This document shows, piece by piece, positions 15,743-25,084 of a stretch of 64,000 bases of DNA; position 1 is the stretch's first letter, and each line of letters starts with the position of its first letter. Source of the DNA: an uncultured Verrucomicrobiota bacterium. Lineage in GTDB: Bacteria > Verrucomicrobiota > Verrucomicrobiia > Limisphaerales > SXQI01. The notes under the pieces are model-generated. The model saw only the letters and a list, made by a program, of their open reading frames with translations, ran no database searches and was not told the DNA's origin. The stretch lies in NCBI GenBank assembly GCA_964566945.1, contig CAZMKE010000008.1, forward strand, positions 81,222 through 145,221, in the 5' to 3' direction. Made by a program: the position numbers and the translations under genes.

Positions 15743-18679
15743 ATGGTCCTTTTGTTTGCCTTGCTGGCCACGCTCTCGGCTGCCGCGGCCGATGCGCCCG
15801 CCCCGGTGCCGGTCGATCGCGCGCAGCAGTCCCTTAGTTTGCGGCCGGGTTTCCAGGCCACGCTTTTCGCGGGCGAACCCGAACTGGTCCAACCGATCGC
15901 CATGACGACGGATACCCGCGGGCGCCTGTGGGTGGTGGAATGCCTTTCCTATCCGCACTGGTCGACCAATCGGCAAGGGGCAGACCGGGTCAGCATTTAC
16001 GAGGACACGAACGGCGACGGGCGTTTCGATAAAAAGACGGTGTTCTGGGATAAGGGCCGAAATCTGTCCGGGATTGCGCTGGGTTTTGGCGGGGTCTGGC
16101 TTTGTTCGCTGCCGGAATTGATCTTTATCCCGGACCGGGACGGAAATGACAAACCGGACGGGGAACCGGAAGTGCTGCTGGACGGGTGGGACCTGAAGAG
16201 CAAACACAATGCGTTCAACGGGCTGAACTGGGGTCCGGATGGATGGCTCTATGGGTGCCAGGGAATTCTTGGCAACTCTTTGATCGGCAAACCGGGGACC
16301 GCGCCGGCGCAGCGCACCGCGATAAACTGCGGGGTTTGGCGGTATCATCCAATTCGCCGCGTTTTCGAGGCGGTGGCGCATGGAACGACCAATCCGTGGG
16401 GCATCGCTTTCAACGAAACCGGGCAGATGTTCGTGGCGAACTGCGTGATCAAACACTTGTTCCACATTATTCCAGGCGCCCGCTATGAACGGATGTTCGG
16501 GCAGGATTTCAATCCTTACTCCTTTGAACTGATCCCGAGCATCGCAGATCACATTCACTGGGCGGGCGGATTTTGGAAAACCGAAGGAGCAAACAACCCG
16601 CAAAATGATGTGACAGGCGGCGGTCACGCGCATTGCGGAGCGATGGTTTACCTGGGGGAAACCTGGCCGGATCAGTATCGGAACAGCTTCTTCACGATCA
16701 ACATTCATGGGCACCGGGTGAACAACGATCTGCTGGTCCCCCAAGGCTCCGGCTATGTGGCCAGGCATGCACCCGATTTTCTGCGCGTGGACGACACTTG
16801 GTTTCGCGGGGTGTCGGTGATCCCGGCGCACGACGGAGGAGTCTACGTGAGCGACTGGTGCGACGCGGGCGAGTGCCACGATTACGACGACATTCATCGC
16901 GAGAACGGGCGGATCTACAAAGTGAATTTCGGCGGCCAGCGAAAGCAATATCCGGATATCCGCCGGGTGAGCGACAACGAACTGGTGTCTTTCCTGAGCG
17001 CGAAAGACGAATGGCTGGTGAACCAGGCGCGCCTCGTCCTGGCCGAGCGCGGGGAGATGCGGAATCTGCAGCCGACCACGGTCGTCCGCCTGCAGGACCG
17101 CTTCCGGCACGGTGACAATCTGCATGACCGCCTGCGCGCACTCTGGGCGCTGCACTGCGTCGGAGAAAGCGCGGCGATCCGGGAAGATGCGCTGGTCGAC
17201 TCCGAAGAGTACATCCGGGCCTGGGCAGTCCAGTTCGCCACGGAATTGCGGAACCCGGGCGAGCCGGTGGCGGCGGAGCTGGCGGACATGGCAGGGAATG
17301 ATCCCTCGCCAATCGTGCGCCGCTACCTGGCGTCTGCGCTACAGAGGATCAAGCCAGCGGACCGCGTGAAAGTAGCCGCGGGCCTGCTCTCGCACGCCGA
17401 GGACGCAGCCGACCCGAATCTGCCGCTCCTCACGTGGTACGGAATCGAACCGGTCGCAGCCGAGGATGAGCGGGCGGCGTTAAAGCTTCTGGAGCGGTGC
17501 GAGATTCCCAAGGTGCGGGGTTTCATCGCGCAGCGCCTGGCGCTGCGGCTGGCGCTGGATGGGCTGACATCGATCCTGGGCCAGAATCCGAAGCCCGAAC
17601 TGCTGGCGGACGTGGCGCATGGAATGTTCGCGGCGCTGAACGGGAGACGCGATGTCAAAGCCCCGCAGGACTGGCCGCGCGCCTATGCAAAACTGAAAAG
17701 CCACCCGGACGCGACCGTGCGGGATGAAGGCAACCGTCTCGCCTTGCTTTTCGGCGACAACACAGCCTTGACCGAGTTGATCAGCCAGGCGTCCAACCCC
17801 GAGGTTGCCGCCCCAGTGCGCAATGCCTCGCTCGACAGCCTCGCGCAGACGCGGCGGGCGGATATTTTGCCGCTCCTGCAAAAAGCTTTGGGCGACTCGG
17901 CGATCCGAACAACGGCCTTGCGCGGGCTGGCTGCTTATGATGCAGCCGACACGCCGAAACTGATTCTGGAGCGTTACAGCCAGTTCAGCGCGCCGGAAAA
18001 AGCGGAAGCCATCAACACGCTGGCCTCGCGAGCCAATTACGCCGCCGCGCTTCTGGAAGCCGTAGCCGCCCAGAAAATGCCCCGGAACGACGTGACTCCG
18101 TTCTCGCTGCGGCAGATCCAGGCCTATGCGGACCCGCGGCTGCAATCTCTCCTGGAAAGCCTGGGCAGCGTCCGGCGCGTTGCCGGCGACAAAGCGGCGC
18201 TGGCAGCCAAATACAAGCAACTTCTGACGCCCGCCGCGCTCGGCCAGGCCAATTTGGGCCACGGGCGCACGGTGTTTCAAAAGACCTGCTCCGCCTGCCA
18301 TACGCTGTTCGACGCCGGGGGAACACTGGCGCCGGAACTGACGGGCTCGCAACGCGGCAATCTCGATTACCTGCTCGAGAACATTCTCGACCCCAACGCC
18401 GTGGTCTGGGATCGCTACAAGGCGACCTATTTCGAAACCAAGGATGACCGCCTGATTTCGGGCGTGGTGGTGCAGGAAAATGAAAGTACTGTTACCATCC
18501 AAACTCAAACGGGAACCGTGACGCTGCCGGTAAACGAAATCACGAACCGACGGAGATCGAATCTCTCGATGATGCCCGAAGGACTCTTCGACGCGCTCGA
18601 AGAAAGGGATGTCATTGATCTGATGGCCTATCTCCAAAGCCCGGCGCAAGTGGCGCTCCCGGCCAGCCAGGCTCCGTAG
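15743..18679 (+). CDS. PVC-type heme-binding CxxCH protein: putative membrane-bound dehydrogenase beta-propeller + HEAT repeats + cytochrome c domain
   Basis: It has the signal peptide MVLLFALLATLSAAAA. The N-terminus is glucose/sorbosone-dehydrogenase-like (GRLWVVE..., NGLNWGPDGWLYG). HEAT-like repeats follow, and the C-terminus has CSACHTLFDAGG...GPELTG. The architecture is typical of Planctomycetes/Verrucomicrobia. Confidence 0.85.
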   Translation: MVLLFALLATLSAAAADAPAPVPVDRAQQSLSLRPGFQATLFAGEPELVQPIAMTTDTRGRLWVVECLSYPHWSTNRQGADRVSIYEDTNGDGRFDKKTVFWDKGRNLSGIALGFGGVWLCSLPELIFIPDRDGNDKPDGEPEVLLDGWDLKSKHNAFNGLNWGPDGWLYGCQGILGNSLIGKPGTAPAQRTAINCGVWRYHPIRRVFEAVAHGTTNPWGIAFNETGQMFVANCVIKHLFHIIPGARYERMFGQDFNPYSFELIPSIADHIHWAGGFWKTEGANNPQNDVTGGGHAHCGAMVYLGETWPDQYRNSFFTINIHGHRVNNDLLVPQGSGYVARHAPDFLRVDDTWFRGVSVIPAHDGGVYVSDWCDAGECHDYDDIHRENGRIYKVNFGGQRKQYPDIRRVSDNELVSFLSAKDEWLVNQARLVLAERGEMRNLQPTTVVRLQDRFRHGDNLHDRLRALWALHCVGESAAIREDALVDSEEYIRAWAVQFATELRNPGEPVAAELADMAGNDPSPIVRRYLASALQRIKPADRVKVAAGLLSHAEDAADPNLPLLTWYGIEPVAAEDERAALKLLERCEIPKVRGFIAQRLALRLALDGLTSILGQNPKPELLADVAHGMFAALNGRRDVKAPQDWPRAYAKLKSHPDATVRDEGNRLALLFGDNTALTELISQASNPEVAAPVRNASLDSLAQTRRADILPLLQKALGDSAIRTTALRGLAAYDAADTPKLILERYSQFSAPEKAEAINTLASRANYAAALLEAVAAQKMPRNDVTPFSLRQIQAYADPRLQSLLESLGSVRRVAGDKAALAAKYKQLLTPAALGQANLGHGRTVFQKTCSACHTLFDAGGTLAPELTGSQRGNLDYLLENILDPNAVVWDRYKATYFETKDDRLISGVVVQENESTVTIQTQTGTVTLPVNEITNRRRSNLSMMPEGLFDALEERDVIDLMAYLQSPAQVALPASQAP

Positions 18680-18699
18680 CAAATTCAAATCAAACGACT

Positions 18700-19479
18700 A
18701 TGCGCATTGAACGAATCATCTCGATCCTGCTGATTGCCGCGTCGGCCGGAGCGGCCGCACTGAATTGGCAGAAGGCCTCGGCTTTGCAGGCGGACAACGC
18801 GGCGCTCCGGGCGAAGATCGAATCGCTGGAGGGCGAGTCGGCACAAGCCGTGCAGGCGGCCGAAGCGGCGAAGACCAGCGCCGACAAGCTGAAAACACAA
18901 ACCACCGAACTGGCCAAGCTGCGAAATGAAATCACGCAGCTGCGGACATCCGCCCAAACGGCGGAAGCGTTGACTTCGGAAAATCAACGGCTCCGCGCCG
19001 AGAACCAACACTTGCAGGGGCAAGCCGGCGCCGCCGGGGCGGCGGCGGGAGGCGCAGCTGAGAATCTCGCCGGACGCGATCATTTTCCGCGCAGCAGCTG
19101 GAACTTTGCCGGATACAACTCGCCCGAAGCCGCTCTGGTTTCGGCGATTTGGGCGATGAAAGAGGGCGATCCGAAGACCTATCTCGCCAGCCTCACTCCG
19201 GACGAACAGCAAAAAGCGGCGCAAAACTGGCAAACCCAGAACAAGAGCGAGGCGGAGGTGGCGGAGAAGCATAAGAACGATGTGGCCGCGATTTCCGGGA
19301 TGCGCGTTCTGGAAGTGCAAACCGTCTCGCCCACGGAAACGGTCATGAGCGTCTACCTGGATGGCCCCGGCCGGATGGAGAAGGTCCGGATGAGCCAGAT
19401 TGGCCAGGAATGGAAATTTGGCGGCTTCATGCGAGACCAGCAACCGGTCAACGCGGTGCCGCTCACGCCCGCGAAGTAA
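18700..19479 (+). CDS. membrane-anchored coiled-coil hypothetical protein
   Basis: It has an N-terminal TM helix IISILLIAASAGAAAL followed by an Ala/Glu/Gln coiled coil. The gene starts 20 nt after the upstream gene. Confidence 0.55.
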   Translation: MRIERIISILLIAASAGAAALNWQKASALQADNAALRAKIESLEGESAQAVQAAEAAKTSADKLKTQTTELAKLRNEITQLRTSAQTAEALTSENQRLRAENQHLQGQAGAAGAAAGGAAENLAGRDHFPRSSWNFAGYNSPEAALVSAIWAMKEGDPKTYLASLTPDEQQKAAQNWQTQNKSEAEVAEKHKNDVAAISGMRVLEVQTVSPTETVMSVYLDGPGRMEKVRMSQIGQEWKFGGFMRDQQPVNAVPLTPAK

Positions 19480-19608
19480 TCTGTAAGGCTCGCCAGCCTG
19501 CCCTCGACAGATCTAAAAACAACAGCGGGCCAGAGCTGAACTCGAGGTGAACAGTAGACAAGTGAGCCTGGCTGCTCTTAATTGAACCTGTCCTCGCGGA
19601 GCGAGATT

Positions 19609-20214
19609 ATGCACATGAGATATTTATTGTCATTAACCCTGGTGGCGACGTTGTCGCTCGCCTCCCTGCTGGCCGACGCCACCAACTCCCCGGCCAAGCC
19701 GGCCGAGACCGAATCGATCATTCTTGGCGCGGGTTGTTTCTGGTGCACGGAAGCGGTTTACCAGCAAATCCCGGGGGTGATTTCCGTGACGTCGGGCTAC
19801 TCCGGTGGAACCGTGAAAAACCCTTCCTACGAGCAAGTATGCACCGGGGAGACCGGCCACGCGGAAGTGGCGCGCATTGTTTTTGATCCGAAAGCCACCA
19901 GCCTGGCGAAGATCCTGGAGACATTCTGGCATGTCCATGATCCGACCTCCTTGAACCGCCAAGGCGCGGATCATGGGACCCAGTATCGGTCCGCGATCTT
20001 TTACACGACCGACGCCCAACGGGCCGTAGCGGAAAAGTCCAAAACCGAAGCCGCCAAGGGTTTTTCCAAGCCGATCGTGACGGAAATCACGAAAGCTGGT
20101 GCGTTTTATGCCGCGGAGGATTATCACCAGGATTACTACCGACTGCACAAGCGGGCTCCTTACTGCCAGATGATTATCGCTCCCAAATTGCGCAAGGCCG
20201 GCCTCAAGGAATAA
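19609..20214 (+). CDS. msrA: peptide-methionine (S)-S-oxide reductase MsrA with an N-terminal signal peptide
   Basis: It has the catalytic motif GAGCFWCTEAVYQQIPGV plus GHAEVARIVFDP and GTQYRSAIF. The N-terminus MHMRYLLSLTLVATLSLASLLA looks like a signal peptide. Confidence 0.92.
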   Translation: MHMRYLLSLTLVATLSLASLLADATNSPAKPAETESIILGAGCFWCTEAVYQQIPGVISVTSGYSGGTVKNPSYEQVCTGETGHAEVARIVFDPKATSLAKILETFWHVHDPTSLNRQGADHGTQYRSAIFYTTDAQRAVAEKSKTEAAKGFSKPIVTEITKAGAFYAAEDYHQDYYRLHKRAPYCQMIIAPKLRKAGLKE

Positions 20215-21729
20215 TCAGTTCAGTCCCGCGGCGCTTTCCGAGCCGGGGGAAACACCGGCCATCATTTTCATCAACGTTTCCTGGGAGAATTGTTCCCGGG
20301 GCAATTCGCCCATCTGGACGCCCTCGCGCAGGACGATGATGCGCCCGGCAAGGTTGATGATCTCGGGCAATTCGGACGAAATCAAAAGGATCGCCACGCC
20401 GGTGCAGGCCAGTTCGTCCAGCAATTGGTGGATCTCTGCTTTGGCGCCGACATCCACTCCACGCGTCGGCTCGTCCACGATGAGGATGTTGCAGCGCCGG
20501 GCCAACCATTTGGCGAGAGCGATTTTCTGCTGATTACCGCCGCTCAACCCTGATATTTGGGCTTCCAGGGAGGGTGTTTTCACCCGCAACTGATCGGCGT
20601 AGCCGCGGACCAGATCGCGTTCGACGCTCCGCTGTAAGAACCCGCGCCGGGTAACCAGCGGCAAAGCGGCCAGCGAACCGTTTTCCCGGCAATTCATCGA
20701 CAGCACCAGCCCTTGCCGCTTGCGGTCTTCCGGCAAAAAGCCAACGCCCGCGGCCAGGGCTTCATCGGGACTCTGCAGGGCGACTGGGCGTCCCCGGAGA
20801 AAGAGTGTTCCGGTCGACTCCGGATCCAGCGCGAAGATCGCCTGAGCGATCTCACTCCGGCCCGCGCCGACCAAACCGGCCAGGCCCAGAATTTCTCCCG
20901 CGTGGAGGCGAAAGGAAATATCCTGGAACTTGCCGGGCGAAGTGAAACGCTCCACGCGGAGCACCTCTTCGCCGCGAGGGCGGGAGGCATGGCGAGGATG
21001 AATGTGCTTGAGTTCACGCCCGATCATTTGCTGGACCACCCGGTCCGGCGTAGTCCGCGCCAACCGTTCTGTCGCGACGTGGCGGCCATCCCGCAGGACG
21101 GTAATGCCGTCGCACAAACGAAAAATCTCCTCCATGCGGTGCGAAACGTAGAGGACGGTAATCCCGCGGGCTTTCAGTTTGGCCAGAAGATGAAAAAGAT
21201 GCTCGCTTTCAGCGGCTGAGAGCGAGCTGGTTGGCTCATCCATGACGATCACCTGGGCGTCGACGCCCAAAGCCGCCGCGATCTGGACCATCTGTTCCTG
21301 GCCGGTAGTGAGGAGGCCAATCGGCACGTCCGGATCAATGTCGGCTTCGATCTCAGCCAGCATCGCGGCCGCCCGCGCGCGCATCTCGCGGCGGTTGACC
21401 AGGCCGGCCCGGCGCGGAATGTCACCCAGGCAAAGATTCTCGGCCACGGTGAGATTGGGGCAAAACGCGAGTTCCTGGTGGACGATGGCCACTCCGAGGC
21501 GGCGCGCAACGAGCGGGTTGGCGGGAACGATAACGCGACCGCCCAGGCGAATAGCGCCGGCATCGGCCGTTTGCACTCCAGACAGAATTTTGCCCAGGGT
21601 GCTTTTGCCCGCGCCGTTCTCGCCAATCAACGCGTGGCATTCGCCTCGCTCGACTCCAAAACTGACATTCTCCAGGGCCGTGACCCCGGGAAAGCGCTTG
21701 GTAATGGCATCAAACTCCAGCCAGGCCAT
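20215..21729 (-). CDS. sugar-type (CUT2, RbsA/MglA-like) ABC transporter ATP-binding protein with two fused NBDs
   Basis: It has two Walker A sites (GENGAGKST and GLVGAGRSE), two signature motifs (LSAAESE-like and LSGGNQQK), and two Walker B motifs (IVMDEPT and LIVDEPT). It is 504 aa. Confidence 0.88.
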   Translation of the reverse strand: MAWLEFDAITKRFPGVTALENVSFGVERGECHALIGENGAGKSTLGKILSGVQTADAGAIRLGGRVIVPANPLVARRLGVAIVHQELAFCPNLTVAENLCLGDIPRRAGLVNRREMRARAAAMLAEIEADIDPDVPIGLLTTGQEQMVQIAAALGVDAQVIVMDEPTSSLSAAESEHLFHLLAKLKARGITVLYVSHRMEEIFRLCDGITVLRDGRHVATERLARTTPDRVVQQMIGRELKHIHPRHASRPRGEEVLRVERFTSPGKFQDISFRLHAGEILGLAGLVGAGRSEIAQAIFALDPESTGTLFLRGRPVALQSPDEALAAGVGFLPEDRKRQGLVLSMNCRENGSLAALPLVTRRGFLQRSVERDLVRGYADQLRVKTPSLEAQISGLSGGNQQKIALAKWLARRCNILIVDEPTRGVDVGAKAEIHQLLDELACTGVAILLISSELPEIINLAGRIIVLREGVQMGELPREQFSQETLMKMMAGVSPGSESAAGLN

Positions 21730-21738
21730 CGCGGGGAA

Positions 21739-22011
21739 TCAGCGAGAACACTTCACCGTATCGTAGTAAGCGACGCGAAAATAGTTATGCGTCTTGATAT
21801 TGTGTTCGCGGGACAGCTTTTCAGCCTCCTGCGTTTTCTTGTAAGGGCCCTTGCACCAGGAGCAGGTGTCGCAATGGACGTACCACTGCATCGAAGGCGG
21901 AAGCTTCTCCGAGTTGCTCGTCGGTTTCGGATTGGAATGGCAACCCAGCAGGCTAACGAAGATGACCGGGCCGACGAGAAGCGCCAAAGCCCGCAAGCAG
22001 ATGATTCTCAT
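21739..22011 (-). CDS. small Cys-rich lipoprotein (hypothetical)
   Basis: The ATG at 22011 gives MRIICLRALALLVGPVIFVSLLGC, which contains a lipobox. The mature part carries HCDTCSWCKGPY and a C-terminal Cys. The stop is 9 nt before the ABC ATPase start. Confidence 0.55.
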   Translation of the reverse strand: MRIICLRALALLVGPVIFVSLLGCHSNPKPTSNSEKLPPSMQWYVHCDTCSWCKGPYKKTQEAEKLSREHNIKTHNYFRVAYYDTVKCSR

Positions 22012-22058
22012 AGTCAGACTGTGGGCAAAGGAACGCGGGGGCGTCAAGGTTTCGCGGC

Positions 22059-22904
22059 TCAATCAAAAATGATCGTGCGGTGGCCGCTGAGGAAGACGCG
22101 ATCCTCCAGCAGAAGGTTCAAGGCCCGGGCAAGAACCGCCTGCTCGATCTCCCGTCCTGCGCGGGCCATGTCCGCAGGGCTGTGCGTATGATCGACCGGA
22201 ATCACCTGCTGGGCAATAATCGGCCCCTGATCCAGGTCCTCCGTGACAAAGTGGGCGGTTGCACCAATGACTTTGACGCCGCGCTGCCAGGCCTGTTGAT
22301 ACGGCTTGGCTCCAATAAAAGCGGGAAGGAAGGAGTGATGGATGTTGACGATGCGCCGGGGGAATTGGCGGACGAACGCCGGTGAAAGCACGCGCATATA
22401 TTTAGCCAGCACGATCCACTCCGGGCGGAGGGTTTCCACGATCGCCAACAACTCCGATTCGTGCTCGTCCCGGGACCGGCCTTCATGCGACACGTGATAA
22501 AAGGGCAGTTCAAACTTCTGCGTCAGGGACTGGAGATTATCATGATTGCTCACGACTCCGAGAATCTCGGCGTTGATCTCGTTGAATCGATGGCGGACCA
22601 GCAGGTCCGCCAGGCAATGATGTTCGCGGGAAGCGAACACCAGCATGCGCCGCCGGCCGCGGGTGGCGAGACGAGCGCTTCCTCCGGGCGGCAACGACTG
22701 ATTGGTTTCAGCGAGGAGCGCCTCCGGATTGATTTCGCCGGTGAACTCGGTGCGCATAAAAAAGCTCCGAGCCTCGGCATCCACGAACTCCTGGTTGCCG
22801 GTGACGTTGCAGCCATGGCGCAACAGCGCCCCGGTGATCCCGTGGACCAGCCCCGGGCGGTCCGGACACTCCACGAGCAGGATGTAAACGTTCGTCTCAG
22901 CCAT
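22059..22904 (-). CDS. purU: formyltetrahydrofolate deformylase
   Basis: It has an N-terminal ACT domain (YILLVECPDRPGLVHGITGAL) and a formyltransferase core with IVNIHHSFLPAFIGAKPYQQA and GATAHFVTEDLDQGPII. Confidence 0.92.
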   Translation of the reverse strand: MAETNVYILLVECPDRPGLVHGITGALLRHGCNVTGNQEFVDAEARSFFMRTEFTGEINPEALLAETNQSLPPGGSARLATRGRRRMLVFASREHHCLADLLVRHRFNEINAEILGVVSNHDNLQSLTQKFELPFYHVSHEGRSRDEHESELLAIVETLRPEWIVLAKYMRVLSPAFVRQFPRRIVNIHHSFLPAFIGAKPYQQAWQRGVKVIGATAHFVTEDLDQGPIIAQQVIPVDHTHSPADMARAGREIEQAVLARALNLLLEDRVFLSGHRTIIFD

Positions 22905-23098
22905 CGGAGTGAAGATTAGCCCAACCGCCGGGCCGGTTCCAAACACCAAAAGCGGGGAATGCGACCTTGGGCGCGGCCGGGGCTATTTTGGCGGCATAGT
23001 CGGCCCGAAACAAGGAGGCGGCCCGTCATATTTTCGGCCAAAAAAACGCGAATCCTGACTTGAGAAAATCGTGAACCTTCTGAAGAGTTGCCGCCCCT

Positions 23099-23887
23099 AT
23101 GATGAAATTACGCACACCTAATATTCGCCGTTGCGGAGCGGCGACCGCTGTTGGATTGGCAGCGTTTGCTTTGTATTCGCAAGAAACGCACGCGCAGGCA
23201 GCCGCCAGCACTCCGGCGGCAGCGGCCACCAATTCGCCGCCGTGGGACCTGTCGGTCGCCCTCGGTTTGACAGCCACCAAAGGCAACAGCGACACGGTGC
23301 TTTTCAACCTGAGCGGACGCGCCGACAAAAAGTGGAACGCGAACGAGCTGCACCTCGGAACAGACCTCACCTACGGCGAACAAAACGGAGTGAAAAACAA
23401 CGAAACCTACCGCGGCTTCGCTCAATACAACCGCTTGTTTTCGGAAAACTGGTATGGCTACGGACGGGTGGAAGGCCTGCATGACGGGATCGCGGATATC
23501 GCGTATCGCTTCACAGTCAGCCCTGGTGTCGGCTACTACTTCATCAAGAGCGCTCAAACCTCTCTCAGCGTTGAAGGCGGTCCGGGCGTGATCTTTGAGA
23601 AACAAGGCGGGGTGACCCGGGATTACTACACCGCGCGCGTCGCCGAGAAATTCGAACATAAGTTCAGCGACCGCGTGCGCATCTGGGAATCGGTCGAATT
23701 TCTGCCCCAGGTTGATAATTTCGAAAACTACATCGTCAACGGGGAAGCAGGCGTCGAGTCTGCCCTGTCGAAAGCCTGGGCGTTGCGGTTGGTGTTCCAG
23801 GACACCTATGACAACCAGCCGGCTCCCGGACGGAAGGCGAATGACTTCAAAGTGATCGCCGCGCTCGCCTGGAAATTGGTCCACTAA
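23099..23887 (+). CDS. DUF481 outer-membrane beta-barrel protein (YdiY-like)
   Basis: It has a signal peptide ending THAQAA. Alternating beta-strand patterns and the terminal block LVFQDTYDNQPAPGRKANDFKVIAALAWKL are typical of DUF481. Confidence 0.75.
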   Translation: MMKLRTPNIRRCGAATAVGLAAFALYSQETHAQAAASTPAAAATNSPPWDLSVALGLTATKGNSDTVLFNLSGRADKKWNANELHLGTDLTYGEQNGVKNNETYRGFAQYNRLFSENWYGYGRVEGLHDGIADIAYRFTVSPGVGYYFIKSAQTSLSVEGGPGVIFEKQGGVTRDYYTARVAEKFEHKFSDRVRIWESVEFLPQVDNFENYIVNGEAGVESALSKAWALRLVFQDTYDNQPAPGRKANDFKVIAALAWKLVH

Positions 23888-23903
23888 GCGAGGCTTAATT
23901 TTT

Positions 23904-23939
23904 GCGGCGGCAGGAGCGCGAGCTTTTGCCGCTTTTTTT
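23904..23939 (+). terminator. probable intrinsic terminator after the DUF481 gene
   Basis: A GCGGCA/TGCCGC stem (23907-23912 / 23927-23932) is followed directly by a T7 run (23933-23939). The loop is long at 14 nt. Confidence 0.5.
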
Positions 23940-24017
23940 GTCCCTATTCCCGGGATTCGTTCGTCGTGCTATCAAGGGAGGATCACGACCGATCTTTCCG
24001 CCAACAGCCATAAACAA

Positions 24018-24428
24018 ATGAAGATTGAACCATATCTCTTTTTCAACGGCCGGTGCGACGAAGCCATCGCCTTTTACCAACGAGCGCTCGGCGCGCAGGT
24101 GCAAATGCTGATGCGCTTCAAGGAAAGTCCGGAACCGACCGGCCACCCGCCCGAAATGGCGGAAAAGGTCATGCACGCGAGCCTGACGATTGGCGAAACC
24201 CAGGTCATGGCCTCGGACGGTCGATGCCAGGGGAAGACAGAGTTCGCTGGGTTTTCCCTGTCGATGGCCGCCACCAATCCAACGGAAGCCAAGCGCCTGT
24301 TTGAAGCGCTGTCCGACGGAGGCAAGGTTCACATGCCGCTGATGAAAACCTTTTACTCGCCCAGCTTTGGCATGGTGGAGGACCGGTTTGGAGTCCTCTG
24401 GATGGTGATCGTCCCCATGCCGATGTAA
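24018..24428 (+). CDS. VOC/glyoxalase-fold protein, PhnB-like
   Basis: The sequence MKIEPYLFFNGRCDEAIAFYQRALGAQ...MHASLTIGETQVMASD...FGMVEDRFGVLWMV matches the PhnB-like 3-demethylubiquinone methyltransferase-domain family. Confidence 0.8.
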   Translation: MKIEPYLFFNGRCDEAIAFYQRALGAQVQMLMRFKESPEPTGHPPEMAEKVMHASLTIGETQVMASDGRCQGKTEFAGFSLSMAATNPTEAKRLFEALSDGGKVHMPLMKTFYSPSFGMVEDRFGVLWMVIVPMPM

Positions 24429-24432
24429 GCGG

Positions 24433-25083
24433 CTATGACGTGATCAAACTTTGGAGAAGCCGTTCCCGCTGGGGCGGGAGCTTCTCCAGAGCCATGCCGA
24501 TGGCCCGGCGGAGAAACAGCGAAAGATGAGCGCAGGCCGGAACGGACAGCTTGATCGAACCGGCGCTGGCGAGGTCCGCGCGGACCAGATCACCCGCGAG
24601 GCGGGCGAGGTCCGGAGGCAGGCCCCCTTCGAGAGATGGCGCCACGCCCGTCAGTTCGAGAAATTTCAGTTCCAAGCTGAGAATCAAAGCTGGGCTGGGT
24701 GGCTGCCGATCCAACTCCTCGAACAGCGCTTTCAAAAGAGCGTAGAATTCCGGGAGAGGAGTCTCACGTTCCGTGCCCTGCTCGATCAAGACGGCTCCAT
24801 AGGCGGCCGCGTGCAAACGCGAGAGGTCCTGCCGAATGGCGCCATACAGCTTCACCAGGACCACTTCCCGGAGGGTGTGCAACTCCGAGCGGCGGCTGCG
24901 GACATAGGAGAACTGGCCTTCATAGAAAATGTCCAGCTTGCCGCTGAAAGGCGATTTCGGCCGGCGAGCCCCTTTGGCGACGGTGGCCACCCGCCCCTCC
25001 TCCGCTGTCAGCCAATGGACGATCAGGCTCGTTTCCGTGAGGGGCCGGGTCCTGAGGATAAGTCCCGAAGATCGTTCCTCCAT
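24433..25083 (-). CDS. recO: DNA repair protein RecO
   Basis: The N-terminal OB fold reads GLILRTRPLTETSLIVHWLTAEEGRVATVAKGARRPKS. The gene follows ybeY with a 1-nt gap. Confidence 0.85.
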   Translation of the reverse strand: MEERSSGLILRTRPLTETSLIVHWLTAEEGRVATVAKGARRPKSPFSGKLDIFYEGQFSYVRSRRSELHTLREVVLVKLYGAIRQDLSRLHAAAYGAVLIEQGTERETPLPEFYALLKALFEELDRQPPSPALILSLELKFLELTGVAPSLEGGLPPDLARLAGDLVRADLASAGSIKLSVPACAHLSLFLRRAIGMALEKLPPQRERLLQSLITS

Positions 25084-25084
25084 A

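Noticed and set aside
15671-17155. A 494-aa minus-strand ORF.
   Set aside because: It is antisense to the PVC heme-binding dehydrogenase gene, which has clear signal peptide, propeller and CxxCH motifs. The ORF itself has low-complexity Arg/Pro/His-rich composition.
22905-23098. A possible ZTP (pfl) riboswitch upstream of purU.
   Set aside because: I could not find the conserved GGGUCGUGACUGGCG / CCGCCUGGGCA-type elements in the minus-strand leader. Only unrelated GC-rich repeats are present.
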